A stretch of DNA of 64,000 nucleotides from Blasia pusilla (GCA_050084515.1 CM114271.1:41664001-41728000), one strand, 5' to 3'; numbered from the stretch's first letter, positions 1 to 14,354 are shown. Program-made: numbers and translations. Notes: generated by a model from the sequence alone, not told the origin.

Positions 1-3000
1 TCCAGACCTGCTCAGTGTAAAGACCAGGGAGCTGTTTTTGAAGAACAAAGCAGCCGAGTTGGACCGGGAGATGGGCCTTATCCGCACGCAAGAGGAAACC
101 GGAAGGCATGTGCGGATGTTGACCCATGAGATTCGAAGTACCTTAGACAGACATACTATCTTGAATACCACCTTGGTGGAGTTGAGAAAGACTTTAGCCT
201 TAGAAGAATGCACTTTATGGATGCCAACTAGGAACGGTTTAGACTTACAATTGTCGCATACCTTGAGACAATCGAGCCCCATGCCAACTACAGTACCTAT
301 TCACCATCCAACTATCAAGCAGGTGTTTAGCAGTAACCGTGCTGTCGTTATTTCTCCAAACAGCCCTGTTGCAGTCACAAGACCACGGACAGGAAAGTAC
401 ATGATTGGAGACGTTGTTGCAGTAAGAGTTCCTCTTCTTCACCTTACTAATTTCCACATAGGGAATTGGCCTGAATCTTCAAAGCGCCCATTTGCTCTCA
501 TGGTGTTAATGTTGCCCTCCGATAGTGCAAGAAGGTGGCATGTTCACGAGCTGGAGCTAGTGGAAGTTGTTGCGGACCAGGTGAGCATTCATATTCAATG
601 CGGATAGTTTGCAATGCCGATTGCTTTGTGCACTCTGTTCTCCATGGAGGTTGGCACAGCTGCGTAGTTTGTGTGGAGGGCTGCTGGTGTGTTCAATCAG
701 CAGATAGCAGTAGTTATACAATCACTAGTCAAAGGAGGAGTGAAACAGTTTGATTCTTGATAAAAGGTCATGTAAAGCAGGTTTCTCCTCTGTCTCAGAG
801 ATGCATGTCTGGTGCTCTAAATTGTATTTCTGCCTGTTGTTCTCTTCTTCATGCTGGAGCTTTAGTCTGACATAAGCTATAATAGCTGTCTGTACATGCA
901 ATATTCTGATTCCTAGCACAATCACATTTTCTCTGATTGTTGGAACAATATTTCTTGTCAAGTACAGGTTGCAGTTGCTCTATCTCATGCAGCCATTTTG
1001 GAAGAATCGATGAGGGCCAGGGATCTACTCATGGAGCAAAATGTTGCATTGGACATGGCTCGGAGGGAGGCAGAGACGGCTATCCGTGCCCGCAATGATT
1101 TTCTTGCGGTTATGAACCATGAAATGAGAACACCTATGCATGCGATCATTGCCTTGTCTTCGCTTCTTCAGGAAACTGAAATGACACCAGAACAGAGGTC
1201 TATGGTAGAAACTGTTCTCAAAAGCAGCAATCTACTTGCCACCCTCATCAACGACGTACTAGATTTGTCCAGACTTGAAGACGGTAGTCTTGAGTTGGAT
1301 ATGAGAACTTTCAATCTTCCCCATGTTTTCCGGGAGGTAAAATTTATCTCCAGTTGGCCCATGGTCTTTTGATAAACTTTCTTTACCCAGTGCAATGGAT
1401 GCCAGTTTTGCATTTTTAATTGCATGTAATTCCTCCATTTTGGTGTTGGTTCTTAGTTTCTGGTCTCGATCTGACACCGTGATTGCCAATGCTGGTTTTC
1501 AGGTAATGAATTTGGTTAAACCTATTGCTTCTGTAAAGAAGCTTTCAGTATCGCTTAGTCTGCACCCAGAGCTTCCTGAGTATGCAGTGGGTGATGACAA
1601 ACGGCTAATGCAAACTGCCCTCAACGTGGTCGGAAATGCAGTGAAGTTTACGAAGGAGGGTAGTGTGACTGTTAATGTATGTCTTGAAAGACCAGAGTAC
1701 TTACGTGATGCTCGGTTCCCAGATTTCCAGCCAGCACATGGAGAGCACCATTGCTATATCAGAGTACAGGTATGACCATCTGTTGAATTTCAATGTTCCC
1801 TGCAGGAATGTATCTTTTGAAATCCCTAGTGTAGTGCGGTTGCAGGCTGTTGTGTCATCTCACCATCTGTCTGGAGTTGCAGGTGCGGGACACAGGATTA
1901 GGATTGAATCCACAGGATATTCCTAAGCTATTCAACAAATTTGTTCAAGCTGATTCCACTACTACTAGGAACTACGGGGGTACTGGTCTTGGTCTGGCCA
2001 TCTGCAAAAGGTGTGTAGGATTAGAAGGTTTTAAATCTGATGGTGAGATTGAATCTAGCACTCTGTGTGGCAGGTGGTGTATGTTTTGCCTTGTAGATGG
2101 GGGAATGTTGCAATGGACTGGTATCTTTGATCTTTGCACAACCTGGAATGGTGCGATTGTATAAAAAATACTACTGCTTAACAAGTTCTTTAGGGTCTCC
2201 CACTTTTATCAACCATCTTTCTGATCTGCAATAGCCGTCTTTGTAGTAGCAAGATAGTGGTGTTTCTTCTTTCTTGTTTGGTATATCCCTCTACTGAGTT
2301 ACAGACACCGAACGTTGGCTAGATTCCAACTCATCCATTTTGGTTTGATTCGCAGGTTTGTGAACCTGATGGAAGGTCATATATGGATTGAGAGTGAAGG
2401 TCTAGGTAAAGGTTCCACAGTAATTTTTATTGTAAAGCTTTCTCTTCCGGAACAGGTGAATGATATTGACAGGCAAATTTCTCCAGCCGTACAAGCAAGT
2501 CACCTACGCACTGACTTTAGTGGGGTTAGAGTTCTTGTCACCGATGATAACGGGTACGCACTGAATTTGTGCTTCATATGTCAACTTTCATAAGCTTGCT
2601 AGCTTGAAGTGATGTTTCATATGGTACAGCTTTTGTGACTTCTCAAATGTACTACGACACTGACCCTAAGTGACATGTATCCTGTGCAGTGTTAATCGCA
2701 TGGTGACAAGGGGCCTACTCATCCGACTTGGGTGTGATGTAACTGTGGTTAGCTCTGGACGAGATTGTTTACAAGTCATCTCACAACCTGGGCAGTTATT
2801 CAGAGTATTGCTTCTGGATGTGTGCATGCCAGATATGGATGGGTATGAGGTGGCTGTTAGGATCCAAGAGAAGTTTGCTCGTCATGAGCGGCCTCTGCTT
2901 GTTGCTTTAACTGCCAACACTGACAGGGCAACCAGGGAGCGGTGCATGAATCTTGGCATGGATGGGGTGGTGCTCAAACCTATCTCTCTGGAGAAAATGC

Positions 3001-3062
3001 GGGTGGTGTTGACTGAACTCTTAGAACGGGGATCTCTGGTTGACAGTCTTAGGAGATCCTAG
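1..3062 (+). CDS. ETR1: Ethylene receptor, subfamily I (GAF + histidine kinase + receiver), 5'-truncated by the window edge; exons <1-580, 968-1336, 1503-1769, 1883-2010, 2356-2553, 2690-3062
   Basis: Diagnostic peptides: [23 protein letters not shown] (GAF linker), [18 protein letters not shown] (H-box), [24 protein letters not shown], and receiver [11 protein letters not shown]. All five introns are GT-AG and join in frame. Stop TAG at 3060-3062. Confidence 0.95.
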
Positions 3063-6000
3063 AGTTCTAAAGTTAGATAGCCCCAGGAGCTTTTGTGTCT
3101 ACCAGGGAAAAGCTCCGAAGGATCTTTTGATACAATAGTGTCAGACATGGGCTCTTCACCACAGAAGAGAAGGTTTGAGATATGCAGGTGAAACATATAT
3201 TAGTGGGTCATTCATTATCCTCTAGTAACTTAGGATTGTACAGTGTTGTGCAGTGGTTTATTGCACCTCACACTTCTATCTGGATAGATTGGTGTGTCGC
3301 AGCCAAGGGGCAACATGCATTAATGGGTGTAAGAATCATTGATTGCTGTCTCAGCATCCAGGCTTCCTGCCATGCCTGCCAGTTCGAGTGTTCAGAAAAT
3401 TCTCAATGAAGACATAAATATGAAGCTGCAAGAGTAGTTATGCAGGCCTCTTCTAAATCCTGCAAAAGTTTGGGCTATGGCATACCATGCCCAAGATTGT
3501 ACCATACTCTGCATATTGTCACTTGAATAAGCAATGGTGGTAGTCAGTGGAGGTTTCCCTTACATGCCCTGTATATTGGACCTCCTGAAAGTATAGTTCA
3601 AGAGTGTAAATTGGTTTTCTATTCGAGAAGAAATGTGATGGAAATTGCATTGACTATTTCTTAGTGTACCATATTCTAGAAGAATTGACAGAAATGTCTT
3701 CCCACCTTGTCTAGTTAACCTGTTACTCTGCCCATCCGTATCAGGTGAGGTCGACACTGTTGTAAAGAGTTTTCCGGTGAACTCCTGGAAGCTATGCGCT
3801 AGAAGGTCACTCTGACAAGCACCAACTCTAGATTAGATAGTCGTCATGGGAGGTTCTTCAGTTCTCTAGCATTTTCCAGCCAGGGCACTCACATGTGTGA
3901 CATGTGCTACATGCTGCATTCAGTTTGTCTTGCCCCTGTTGTCTTCATACCAGGCTCTAGTCTTGGAAGAAAACTGTTAGGATTTCAGAAACCCGCTGAG
4001 AAAAATTATGACCATATTGATGGTCTACTCGGTTACTAATAATCGTAACTTTCAGCTACTTCGTCTTTCCGGATGTGGCACAACATCCCAAGTCAAAGTC
4101 TACTGCAGAAATGGATTGTCGGAATGCTAGTGTCAGCGAAGAAGAAGTGGCGATATTCACAAAGGAATACAAATATGGTGAACATCCTTGTCCTATGCTG
4201 ACACTTACCGTTGGATGCCTTCTTAGCTTGGAACCTGTTCGAAAGGAAAGGAAGAAGATTGCATTCATCTACTCCTTTCTGTTGCTGTATGACTTCCATG
4301 TCATGGAATTCACACGTATATAATACTTGGCGACCCCGAGACGGTGAGATAAGTAGACAGAGTAGGTGATAATTTGAATTTTGTTGATTGAGACATATTA
4401 AATGCGTAGAATCAGAGAGGATAGAGATTTGAGTGGAATTTTCTTTTATTAGTCAGTTAATAATTTATTTAATGTTATAATGGGTGATTATAAATACTAA
4501 TAAAGTTGAATGATAATGATAAGTAGTCAAAAATTTAGAATGTGTTCCTTAATTCCTATTTGATGGAAAGGAAAAATAAATTGTAATAGAGAAGGAATAT
4601 ATTTTGTTCAAATTTATAGAAGAACAAATTTTTAGGATATCGGAATATCAGTTAAATTTAAATGGAGGATTATAATTACTTATAAGAGTGAAATGTTATT
4701 ACTCTTCTATGATATTATTTTCATTTGGTTTATTTAAAAATTTATCTTATTAGTTTGCATGTAATATTGTGGGAAAGGAAAATGAATTTTAATGAAATGG
4801 GAAAATGATTTAGTTAATTAAAATCAATTGCTAATTTAATTAGTAAATGTCATTTTGTTGGGAAGAGTGGAAGGGAAAGAATAATTATTGTTTGAACTTT
4901 TACGGAGGAATGAAATTATTTAGGGAAGTTGGGCATTATTTAAAGGTGAGTTGATAGTCTTTAGATCAAGGAGATCATCCTCAAGAAATGGTCCTAGTGG
5001 GTATACTAGGCTAGAGGGTCTCTCCATAGGAGGCACCAAACGCTGGCTAGGATTACACTCAAGGGTAGTTACGTGCCCGTAGGGCGTTCTAGTTGCAATA
5101 GATCTTCCACATGTCTAACAAGGCCTTGTGGGCATGGTACATTGGGTGCACGACCTCGGTGTACATAGTACGATGTTTGTTGCTACAGATAATAGTAAAA
5201 TTTGGAGATATTTTGTATATAAATGGACTTTTTGAAACTTTGCAATTATTTTAATGGAGTTTGAGAAATGTATTTGCCAAAATTTGCGAATTGAAAAATA
5301 CATAATGTAAATAAAATAAAGGAAGATTGCAATTTCTTTGTGAGTAAGAATTGCATATTAGTCGCAAATTTGTGACTATTTTGCGACTACTTGATGATTT
5401 TCATGTGAATAGTTGTGAGTGTAAAAAGACAACACTTCATAGCCATGGTGTAGTTGCAAAGTGCGGCTCGGGATCACAATTGTGCGAGTGTCTTGCTACT
5501 ATAGTGTGGATGTTGTGCGGCTTTGTGCACTTGTAAAGTGGGTTCAAACATAATAGTATCTATGAGTCCATGACATGAAGGTGGTTTAGACAACACTTAT
5601 AATCTCCTTTGCGACCTGATTTCTTTGGTTCAAAGTGACCAAAAATACCCCACACACAACAATAAACCACCTTACACCTAATCATACACAGAATCAAATC
5701 AATCATAATGTGGATCTTTCTAGAATAAAAATTGGCTACAAAAAATTTTGCTCTATGATATTGTGAATAAAATTCAAATTAGATCCATCGTTACTATGCG
5801 GGAATCCATGTGTGATGCATTGTCGATAGCACCTTGCGCTTTGAAGACTAAATTGTAGAAACATAAGTGGCTCCAAGCCTCCCCTTGGAGTATACCCATG
5901 TCCAAGCTTCCAAGGCTCTAGGAAGATGACTTGTGAACACATGTCAATCCAACATACAAAACGGATTACTAACTTAGCAAGAAACATCCAAGGGTGACCT

Positions 6001-7729
6001 TTGCACACAAGTCACCAAAGGAGACCAATATATCACTCTTGGACTCTCTACGCATGTGCCCTCTCTACCAAAGTGCAATATCTACTCTTGCTCAACTACG
6101 AAAATTGTGATATTATGCCTTGACGCTCATACTCGCAACATGGCGCATCCTACCCTTGTGGTCGGGACACACCATGGATGATCACAAAATCACTCCAACA
6201 ATGTGAAGTTTGAGTTCCTAGTTTGGGTGAAACTTGCACATTTAGGTTTCCTATCTCTTGAATATTTTATTCTTGACCTATTTGGGTCGAAAATGGAATT
6301 CTTTGAGAACGCCAAGATCACGCTCTATGCTCCCATATAATGACATGACATGATAATTGACATCAAGTACAAAAAAGAGTCAATTTGATATGGTATACTC
6401 GAGTATGGGTTAACACATGACTATTTCTTTGAATGGGATATCTTAATTAAAAATTATGGCATCATTTATCTTTCCTCCCTAAATAACCATGTTTTAGTTT
6501 AAGACAAACCATATGACCGTAAATTTATTTAATGGTATGTAAGGGCAAATAAATGCTTGAGAAGAAACAAAGTATGCATAAAAGGGTGATGGGAGAACCC
6601 ATTCGAATTATAAAACAAGGGAGAATCAAGGAGTCAAGAATGCCAAGGCCACACATAGCCGAGGTGAAAAGAAAGGGGTTTCCTACTAGCTAAACTCATC
6701 AACGATAAATACAATATCAATTACGCCTAGAGAAAGATGCCTACCAAGAGGGCCTTTGTTAATGGCGTCTCACACTTTTTGAACTTGCCTTAAAAATCCA
6801 TTGGTAAGCTCCATGTGCTATGCAAAAGAGTTTTCATCATTCTTTAACTTAATTCTCTATTGTCATTACTTCACTCCTAACGATTAACTAAGATCTTTAA
6901 AGTAACATATGTCAAGGAACATTTATCAACAATTTTGTAAGCCCATCATCTTTTAATTAATAATTCAGATAGACCGTAAACATTTAGATCCTCTCTTAAT
7001 CTAATACTAATTGGAGGATCCACATTTTTGTACTTGCTCCTCTATTTGACATACCCTTTTGGTACCTCATACCTTATCTACTATAAAGCCATAAAAAAGA
7101 TATGGACAAGACGTCAAAAAATATGGACACAAATTTGAGATTTCCTCTATATATATATATAAAATAATTGATGACCCTTTATGCATAATAAGACAAAATA
7201 GCACCAAGTTTGAAATTTTGTCCCTTTATTTACACCTAATATTTGGGAAGGGAAAATAAATGGAAGAGGGAAATATTTTCAATAATTAAAATTAACTAAG
7301 GATTTAATCAATGAGTGTTTTTTTGGTAGGTGGAGTGGAAGAGAGGAATAGGTATTCTTCAAATTTTTATGGGAAGGTGGAATTATTAAGGGGAGTAAGA
7401 TATTATTCCCCTTAATAATAATGTCTTAATTTTAATAAAAATATCTAGCAAATTGGATTTTTATTATGATTTTCAAAATAATTTTTTTAATTACGACCCC
7501 AAATATAGGGACATTTTTTTAATAACATTTTGTGGTTGTGCCACAACACCCTTTTGAACAAAAGTCATTTGCATATAACTAACACTAACATTAATTCTAA
7601 AAATAGATTTTATTTTTATTTTCAGCATTAAGGCTTTAATGAAAGGTATAACCTTGATGGATAAAAAAAACTCCTTATTGATGAAAGTGAAGGGGCTGCA
7701 CACTAGTCTAAACTTTAAAATGAAAAATA

Positions 7730-9590
7730 TCATACTATTAAAGGCGTTAGCCGTGGCTAAGAAGCTCCCCATGAACGCCATGTATGAAGCCTATCAGATA
7801 TTCAGTTGTTGTTTAATTTTCCCTCTACTAAGCTAAGATTTGAACAGAAAATAGATTTTTAAATAGTAATTATTATTTTTGTTTTAAGATACATTTAAAT
7901 TGAAAAAATAGAATCCCAAGAAAAAATTTTACCTCTTTTTCATTATCAATTTATTTTTTCATTTTAGAAATAAAAATTATTATTTCAAAATTTAGGAAAA
8001 AAACCAAAAATTTTAATTTCAAGTTAATTTTGGGAGGGAAATAACATATTACTTTAGAAATATGTCATTTAATCTCCTTTTCAAGCTTTAATTGTGAAGC
8101 ACTTTTTAAGAATATTTTGAGACAAACTTTGGATCAAAATGAGTGAATTTTTGTAACTAATTGAGAAACTTTGAAGACTTCTATCAAATTTTCCATGAAT
8201 TCTTGAGTTTTTAATTTTAACCTATACTAAGCAAAAAACAAGAGGGTAAGGGTTTCATAATAATTAATTAATTATAAATAATTAAATTCAAACATTTCCC
8301 TGATGAAATCTTCTAAAGTCTCTTCCATTTTTTCTTAATCTTTCCTCATTTGAAAATTTACAATTAGTTTTTCAAGGTTCATGCAAAAAAAATTTTAAGT
8401 TTAGTTTTGAGGGGAAATTAAGTTTTCTTTTGAGAAAAAATGAAAAGGATAATAGGACAGTAATGAGACAAGAATTATTCTTCAAACTAAAGGAAGACAT
8501 ATTATTTCTTGATTATTTTAAACTTTCAAGTTAGATTGGGAGAAAATTCTAATTCCTCTTTTGGGAAAAAAATCATCAAGATAAGTGATTTTATTTTATT
8601 TATTAAAAGAAAAGGATTGGAAAAGGGATAAATTGTTTTTCAAAATTGAAGGAAAATATCATATTGTTAACGGCGTTAGCCGTGGCTAAGAAGCTCCCAC
8701 GAACGCCACGGGCGAAGCTTGCTAGATACTCAATTATTGTTTAATTTTCCCTATACTTAGCTAAGATTTGAATAGAGAAGAGGTTTCTAAAGAATTATTA
8801 TTTTTTGTTTGAAGATAAATTAACATTACTAAAATAAAATCCCAAACAAAGTAACCTCTTTTTCATTATCAGCTTATTTTTTCAATTTATAAATGGAAAT
8901 GATTATTTCAAAATTTAGGAAAAAAAACAAACTTCTAATTTCAAGTTAATTTTGGAAGGGAAATTACATATTACTTTAGAAATATGTCATTTAATATCCT
9001 TTTAAAGCTTTAATTATGAGATATTTTCTTAAGAATATTTTGAGACAAACTTTGGATCAAAATGAGTGAATTTTTTTACCAATTGAGAAACTTTGAAGAC
9101 GCTTTTCAAAATTTTCCATGAATTCATGAATTTTTTTAATTTTATCCTATACTTAGTAAAAAACAAGAATGTGTAAGGTTTTCATAATTATTAATTATTT
9201 ATCATTAACTCAAATTCAAACATATTCCCAAGTGATATCTTCTAGAGTCTCTTTGATTTTTTTTAATCTTTCCTCATTTGAAAATTTAAAATGATTTTTT
9301 CAAGGTTCATGCAAACAAAATTCAAAGTTTAGTTTTGTGTAGAAATGAAATTTTTCTTTTGGGAAAAAATGAAAAGGATAATTAATAGGACACTTATGGG
9401 ACAAAAATTGTTTTTCAAAATAAAGGAAGACAAATTATTTCTATTTTCTTTGTCATTTTCAAGTTATATTGGAGAAAAATTAAATCCCTCTTTTGGAAAA
9501 AATGACCCAAACAAGTGATTTTCTTTTATTTACTGAAAGAGGATGATTGGAAAAAGGATCCATTATTTTTACAAAATTAAAAAAATCTGT
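7730..9590 (+). repeat. Imperfect tandem duplication of an AT-rich ~929-bp unit (7730-8658 / 8659-~9590)
   Basis: Colinear shared blocks, e.g. GGCGTTAGCCGTGGCTAAGAAGCTCCC, GAGACAAACTTTGGATCAAAATGAGTGAATTTTT and CAAGGTTCATGCAAA, in both halves. Confidence 0.85.
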
Positions 9591-9830
9591 GAATAATTGT
9601 CTTGAGCCAAGTTAGATGTATTAAAAAATCATTTTATTTATTTTTTAAAAATTAAACTATATTCATAGCGTGTCCTTAATTTCAAATGAATTTTTTTCCC
9701 GTGCAATGCACGGGCAAAAAATATTAGTAGTAATTAGCACGTCCCTTAACCTCTAATTTCACATTAATTTTTTATTCCCAATCATCTCAGCCCGATAACC
9801 CGGTGCGATGCACGGGCAAAAAATTATTAG
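7730..9830 (+). mobile_element. Non-autonomous Helitron-like element(s): two ~929-bp tandem units each starting A|TC, followed by two 3' hairpin ends
   Basis: A|TCATACTATTAAAGGCGTTAGCCGTGG at 7730 and A|TCATATTGTTAACGGCGTTAGCCGTGG at 8659. 3' hairpins CCCGTGCAATGCACGGG (9698-9714) and CCCGGTGCGATGCACGGG (9799-9816) are each followed about 10 nt later by TTAG|T, read as a C>T-decayed CTAG|T. Confidence 0.65.
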
Positions 9831-10212
9831 TAATTATTACGGACCTTAGAATATCATTTTCTTGCGCGAGCGCGGAAAATGATGGAGGTAGACTCACCCC
9901 AAACCCTTCGAGTTGAGAGCGCTCACGATAGTCAGAGAACTCGAGCACTTATTGCTCCCATCGTGTCCCCCCTGTGTTGCGGATTCTAGTGACGGGTGTC
10001 CCAAACCCCTTCCCCCCATGGGGATCGGAATTCCCCACCCGGCTACATTTTCCCGGCAACGGTGAAGATCCGCCAGATGATCCGGGACACTCATGGATAT
10101 CCGCAGACGGATATCCGTGAGCAATGTGGATGGTATGTGGATGGTAGGGTGTGGATGGTGTGGATGATACATGTTCGTTTTGAAATTCAAATCTGAAAGT
10201 CTAGGTTATAAA

Positions 10213-10350
10213 GCGGAGGACGGTGCATTGTGGAGGACGGAGTAGCTGCGGAGGACAGTGCAGTATGGAGGACGGAGCAGATGTGGAGGACGGTGCAGCT
10301 GCGGAGGACGGAGCTAAATGGGCGGAGCTGTGACATTTGAGGACGGAGCT
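10213..10350 (+). repeat. Subterminal short tandem repeat with GGAGGACGG core
   Basis: About 7 copies of (G)GAGGACGG/GAGGACAG spaced ~15-30 bp apart. Confidence 0.75.
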
Positions 10351-10393
10351 ACAGCTGCTGATTTTGTCCGTACAGATTTTCAAACTGCTGATT

Positions 10394-10625
10394 TCCGTTT
10401 GGAGAGATTTACCCTCCGTTTGCAGAGATTTCCCCTCCGATGATAGGGATTTTCCCTCCGTTTGCAGAGATTTCTTCTAGGATCGCAGAGATTTCCCCTC
10501 CGTTTGCAGAGATCTCCCCTCCGTTTCACAATTTCGCCCTTCGTTGCATGATTTTTCCCTTTGTTGCTTTAATTTGGTCTCTGTTGGAGAGATTTGCCCT
10601 CCGTTGCACAAATTTGCCCTTGGCA
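10394..10625 (+). repeat. Subterminal ~21-bp tandem repeat (CCCTCCGTTTGCAGAGATTTC-like)
   Basis: Repeated GAGATTTCCCCTCCGTTTGCA units that decay toward the 3' side. Confidence 0.75.
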
Positions 10626-11729
10626 GTGCTTTCGGTTCATAACGTATTAGTTTCGTTTTTCTCCGAACCTTGGAGATGAACATGTTTATGAACACATTCA
10701 TCTCCGGAGCGTATAAAGGGCCCGTTGTATGGGTGAATCGCCTATCGATTTTATCGTTTGTTCTGTAGGGTTATAAGATGACACTGACAGAGAATTAGCG
10801 GAGGTGTGCCACACAGTTCTGTGCTTGTTTTTGTAATTCTTAGAGTTGCATTGCCGGAATGCCTTACGTTTCTTACAATTGGGCCAGATCACACTAGTGT
10901 CCAATTGATTGTGGTTCTTTCTTAAATAGACGGGAAGTCACTTTTCATTGTCACTTTACCTATATAAGTGTATTCGGTGGCGCATGTTAAGTCATGCGTT
11001 GTGATTCAGCCTCTGGTGCTTGATTATGTATTTGGTGGGTCAGTTGGTCTCTGTAGTTACCTTCTTCTTGAAATCTCTTTATTTCCATTGATAAGTTCAG
11101 AATATATCGTGAAGGTGTATTAGATGGGTTCTGGTGTTGCATGTGACCATGTCATTCAAAGATGGCCGATTTGGAAAGTTGTGGCTCTAGAAGGCTTTCT
11201 GATTCGCTCCTCTGCCCCTTTTATTCGCATGTCACAAAAAGGTTATCTGGTCTGCAGGGTGGAGTGCGGATTGTCTTGATATCCGTTGCCCTGTCAGTTG
11301 CCACCAGGATGTTTCCCATCTCCCACGTTGGCGTCTATTGGGTCTGAGGGGATTGAAGGTAACTGAAGGGGATTCAATGGCAGTTCTTGTGTAGACAAAA
11401 TCATCCATCCACTTTTTGTCGCACTCATCGATAGTAAGTAGGTGTCTTATGAATTATACCCTGGTATCATGTGAACACCAAATGCTTATTGTTCTTAAGG
11501 TGTCATCCGTGTAGTTCCCTAAACTGAGTGGATATTGCATTTGAGAACCTGGACATGGCTGGAATACCTCCTTTGTGTCCGTTAAGACAATCATGAAAAA
11601 TATGATTTACTTAAAGAGAATCGATTGGGAATTTTAGTGATAGTCGACAAGTCTTCTTTGTACAATAGTGTTGATTATGAAACAAAGCGACAAGGAGGAG
11701 GAAAGGGTGCAGAATAGAAAAAATTGGTC

Positions 11730-13790
11730 ACCAAAATGGATATCATGAAACTTCACAAGACTGTCGGTAGGATCGTGGTAAACAGAAAGCATTCCATCTT
11801 CCACACACATTGCATTCAAAGAAAAAAAAATTCTATAAAATTGGAAATCCTTGTTCCATTCTTTAACCCGAAGAAATAGAAAACAAATGTAAAGCTATGA
11901 AATAAAGTGAATGCATAAGTGGATGATATGGTAAGCATTCCATCTTAGAATTAAGGACGCCGGGAAATTAGGGGAAAATTCACAAGATTATCGGTAGGAT
12001 TGTGGTAAATAGAAAGCATTCCAATATTTTTTAAAATTGTAAATCCTTGTACCATTCTTTTACGCGAAGAAATAGAGAACAGATGCAAAGCTATAACATA
12101 AAGTGAATGGATAAGTGGACAATATGATAAGCATCCCATCTTATAATTAAGGACGCCGAGGAATTATGGGAAAGTTCACAAGACCGTCGGTAGGATCGTG
12201 GTAAACAGAAAGCATTCCATCTTCCACAAACATTACACTCGAAGAAAATTAATTTGTTTATACAAAAGAAGAAATCCTTGTACCATTCTTTTACCCTAAG
12301 AAATAGAAAACAGATGTAAAGCTATAAAATAAAGTGAAGGCATAAGTGTATGATATGGTAGGCATTCCATCTTAGAATTAAGGATGCCGGGAGATTATGG
12401 GAAAGTTCACAAGACCGTCGGTAGGATCGTGGTAAGGAGAAAGCATTCCATCTTCCACAAACATTACACTCGAAGAAAATTAATTTTTTTCTACAAAAGT
12501 AGAAATCCTTGTACCATTCTTTTACCCGAAGAAATAGAAAACAGATGTAAAGCTATAAAGTAAAGTGAAGGGATAAGTGGATGATATGGTAAGCATTCCA
12601 TCTTAGAATTAAGGTCGTTGGGAAATTATGGGAAAGTTCACAAGACTGTCGGTAGGATCGTGGTAAACAGAAAGCATTCCATCTTCGACAAAACATTACA
12701 CTGAAAGAAAAAAAAAAAATTCTACAAATGTAGAAATCCTCGTAGCATGCTTTTACCCGGAGAAATAGCAAACAGATGTAAAGCTATAAAGTAAAGTGAA
12801 GGGATAAGTGGATGATATGGTAAGCATTCCATCTTAGAATTAAGGTCTCCGGGAAATTATGGGAAAGTTCATAAGACGGTCGGTAGGATCGTGGTAAACA
12901 GAAAGCATTCCATCTTCCACAAACATTACACTGAAAGGAAAAAAAAATTTCTACAAAAGTAGAAATCCTTGTAGCATGCTTTTACCCGGAGAAATAGAAA
13001 ACAGATGTAAAGCTATAAAATAAAGTGAAGGGATAAGTGTATGATATGGTAGGCATTCCATCTTAGAATTATGGACGCCGGGAGATTATGGGAAAGTTCA
13101 CAAGACTGTCGGTAGGATCGTGGTAAACAGAAAGCATTCCATCTTCCACAAACATTACACGGGAAGAAAATGAATTGTTTCCTACAAAAGTAGAAATCCT
13201 TGTACCATTCTCTTACCCGAAGAAATAGAAAACACATGTAAAGCTATAAAGTAAAGTGAAGGGATAAGTGGATGATATGGTAAGCATTCCATCTTGGAAT
13301 TAAGGTCACCGGGAAATTATGGGAAATTTCACGAGACTGTCGGTAGGATCGTGATAAACAAAAAGCATTCCATCTTCCACAAACATTACACTGGAAGAAA
13401 ATTAATTGTTTCCTACAAAATTAGAAATCCTTGTACCATTCTCTTACCCGAAGAAATAGAAAACAGATGTAAAGCTATAAAGTAAAGTGAAGGGATAAGT
13501 GGATGATATGGTAAGCATTCCATCTTAGAATTAAGGTCGCCGGGAAATTATGGGAAAGTTCACAAGACTGTCGGTAGGATCGTGGTAGACAGAAAGCATT
13601 CCATCTTCCACAAACATTGCACTCAAAGATAATAAAATTTCTCTATAACATTGGAAATCCTTGTACCATTCCTTTACCCAGAGAAATAGAAAACATACGT
13701 AAAGCTATAAAATAAAGGAATGGATAAGTGGACAATATTATAAGCATTCCATCTCAGAATTGAGGACGCCGAGAAATTATGGGAAAACTC
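11730..13790 (+). repeat. Tandem array of ~9 copies of a ~231-bp unit inside the MULE
   Basis: Marker TCGGTAGGAT at 11764, 11991, 12187, 12418, 12649, 12880, 13109, 13340 and 13571 (spacing mostly 229-231). Each unit contains an (A/G)GCATTCCATCTT-like word twice. Confidence 0.95.
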
Positions 13791-14354
13791 CCCACGATTT
13801 TTGAATCCGGTGTGCTAGAGTTATCTTTGCAAGTGAAGTTTGTATCTCAAGTATCTTTCGAGGAAATGGAGAGTATTTTATGTATCCCCATGGAGTGGAA
13901 AGCATTTTACTCTTGCAACCTATCTTCTCAATTTATGTAAGAAAAATAATGAGGACAGAATCCAAACATCATCTAAAAGGACACGTTGCCCCTACCTGTG
14001 AAATGAGAGTGTGTATATATTCTGTGCGTCTACTTGTTATGTCAGAATAGATTGATAGAACACCCTGATAGCTCCATGAAGGGATTCATTACAGATAAAG
14101 TAAGGGAAAAGGATTCTGAAATGATCATGTTTTTAATGAAAATATATTCCAATATGCCCTGAGATACTTAATGCTCATACAATGAAATCATTTGTCCAAG
14201 GCCAAAATGGTGAAATAAAGCACCTTTTAAAGTCAAGTAAGACAATTTGGAATCAAACGAGGTAGAAAATCAATTTTGAGACATTTACTTAAAATGTGAG
14301 CTCACATATTACTTTGAATAGAATTCATGAGTTGGGGGGATTTCTAAGTAAGCT

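Noticed and set aside
4056-4323. Short ORFs downstream of ETR1
   Set aside because: No recognisable domain or partner exons; may be UTR or intergenic.
5070-5095. Short hairpin GCCCGTAGGGC followed by CTAGT as another Helitron 3' end
   Set aside because: The stem is short and too close to the CTAG, and no matching 5' end was identified.
5350-6400. Possible Gypsy integrase relic (DALS-like peptide near 5815)
   Set aside because: Too decayed to recover continuous diagnostic motifs by eye.
11730-13790. CRISPR-like interpretation of the tandem arrays (also 26558-26904 and 32127-34525)
   Set aside because: Eukaryotic context, no cas genes, and the sequences between repeats are homologous to each other rather than unique spacers.
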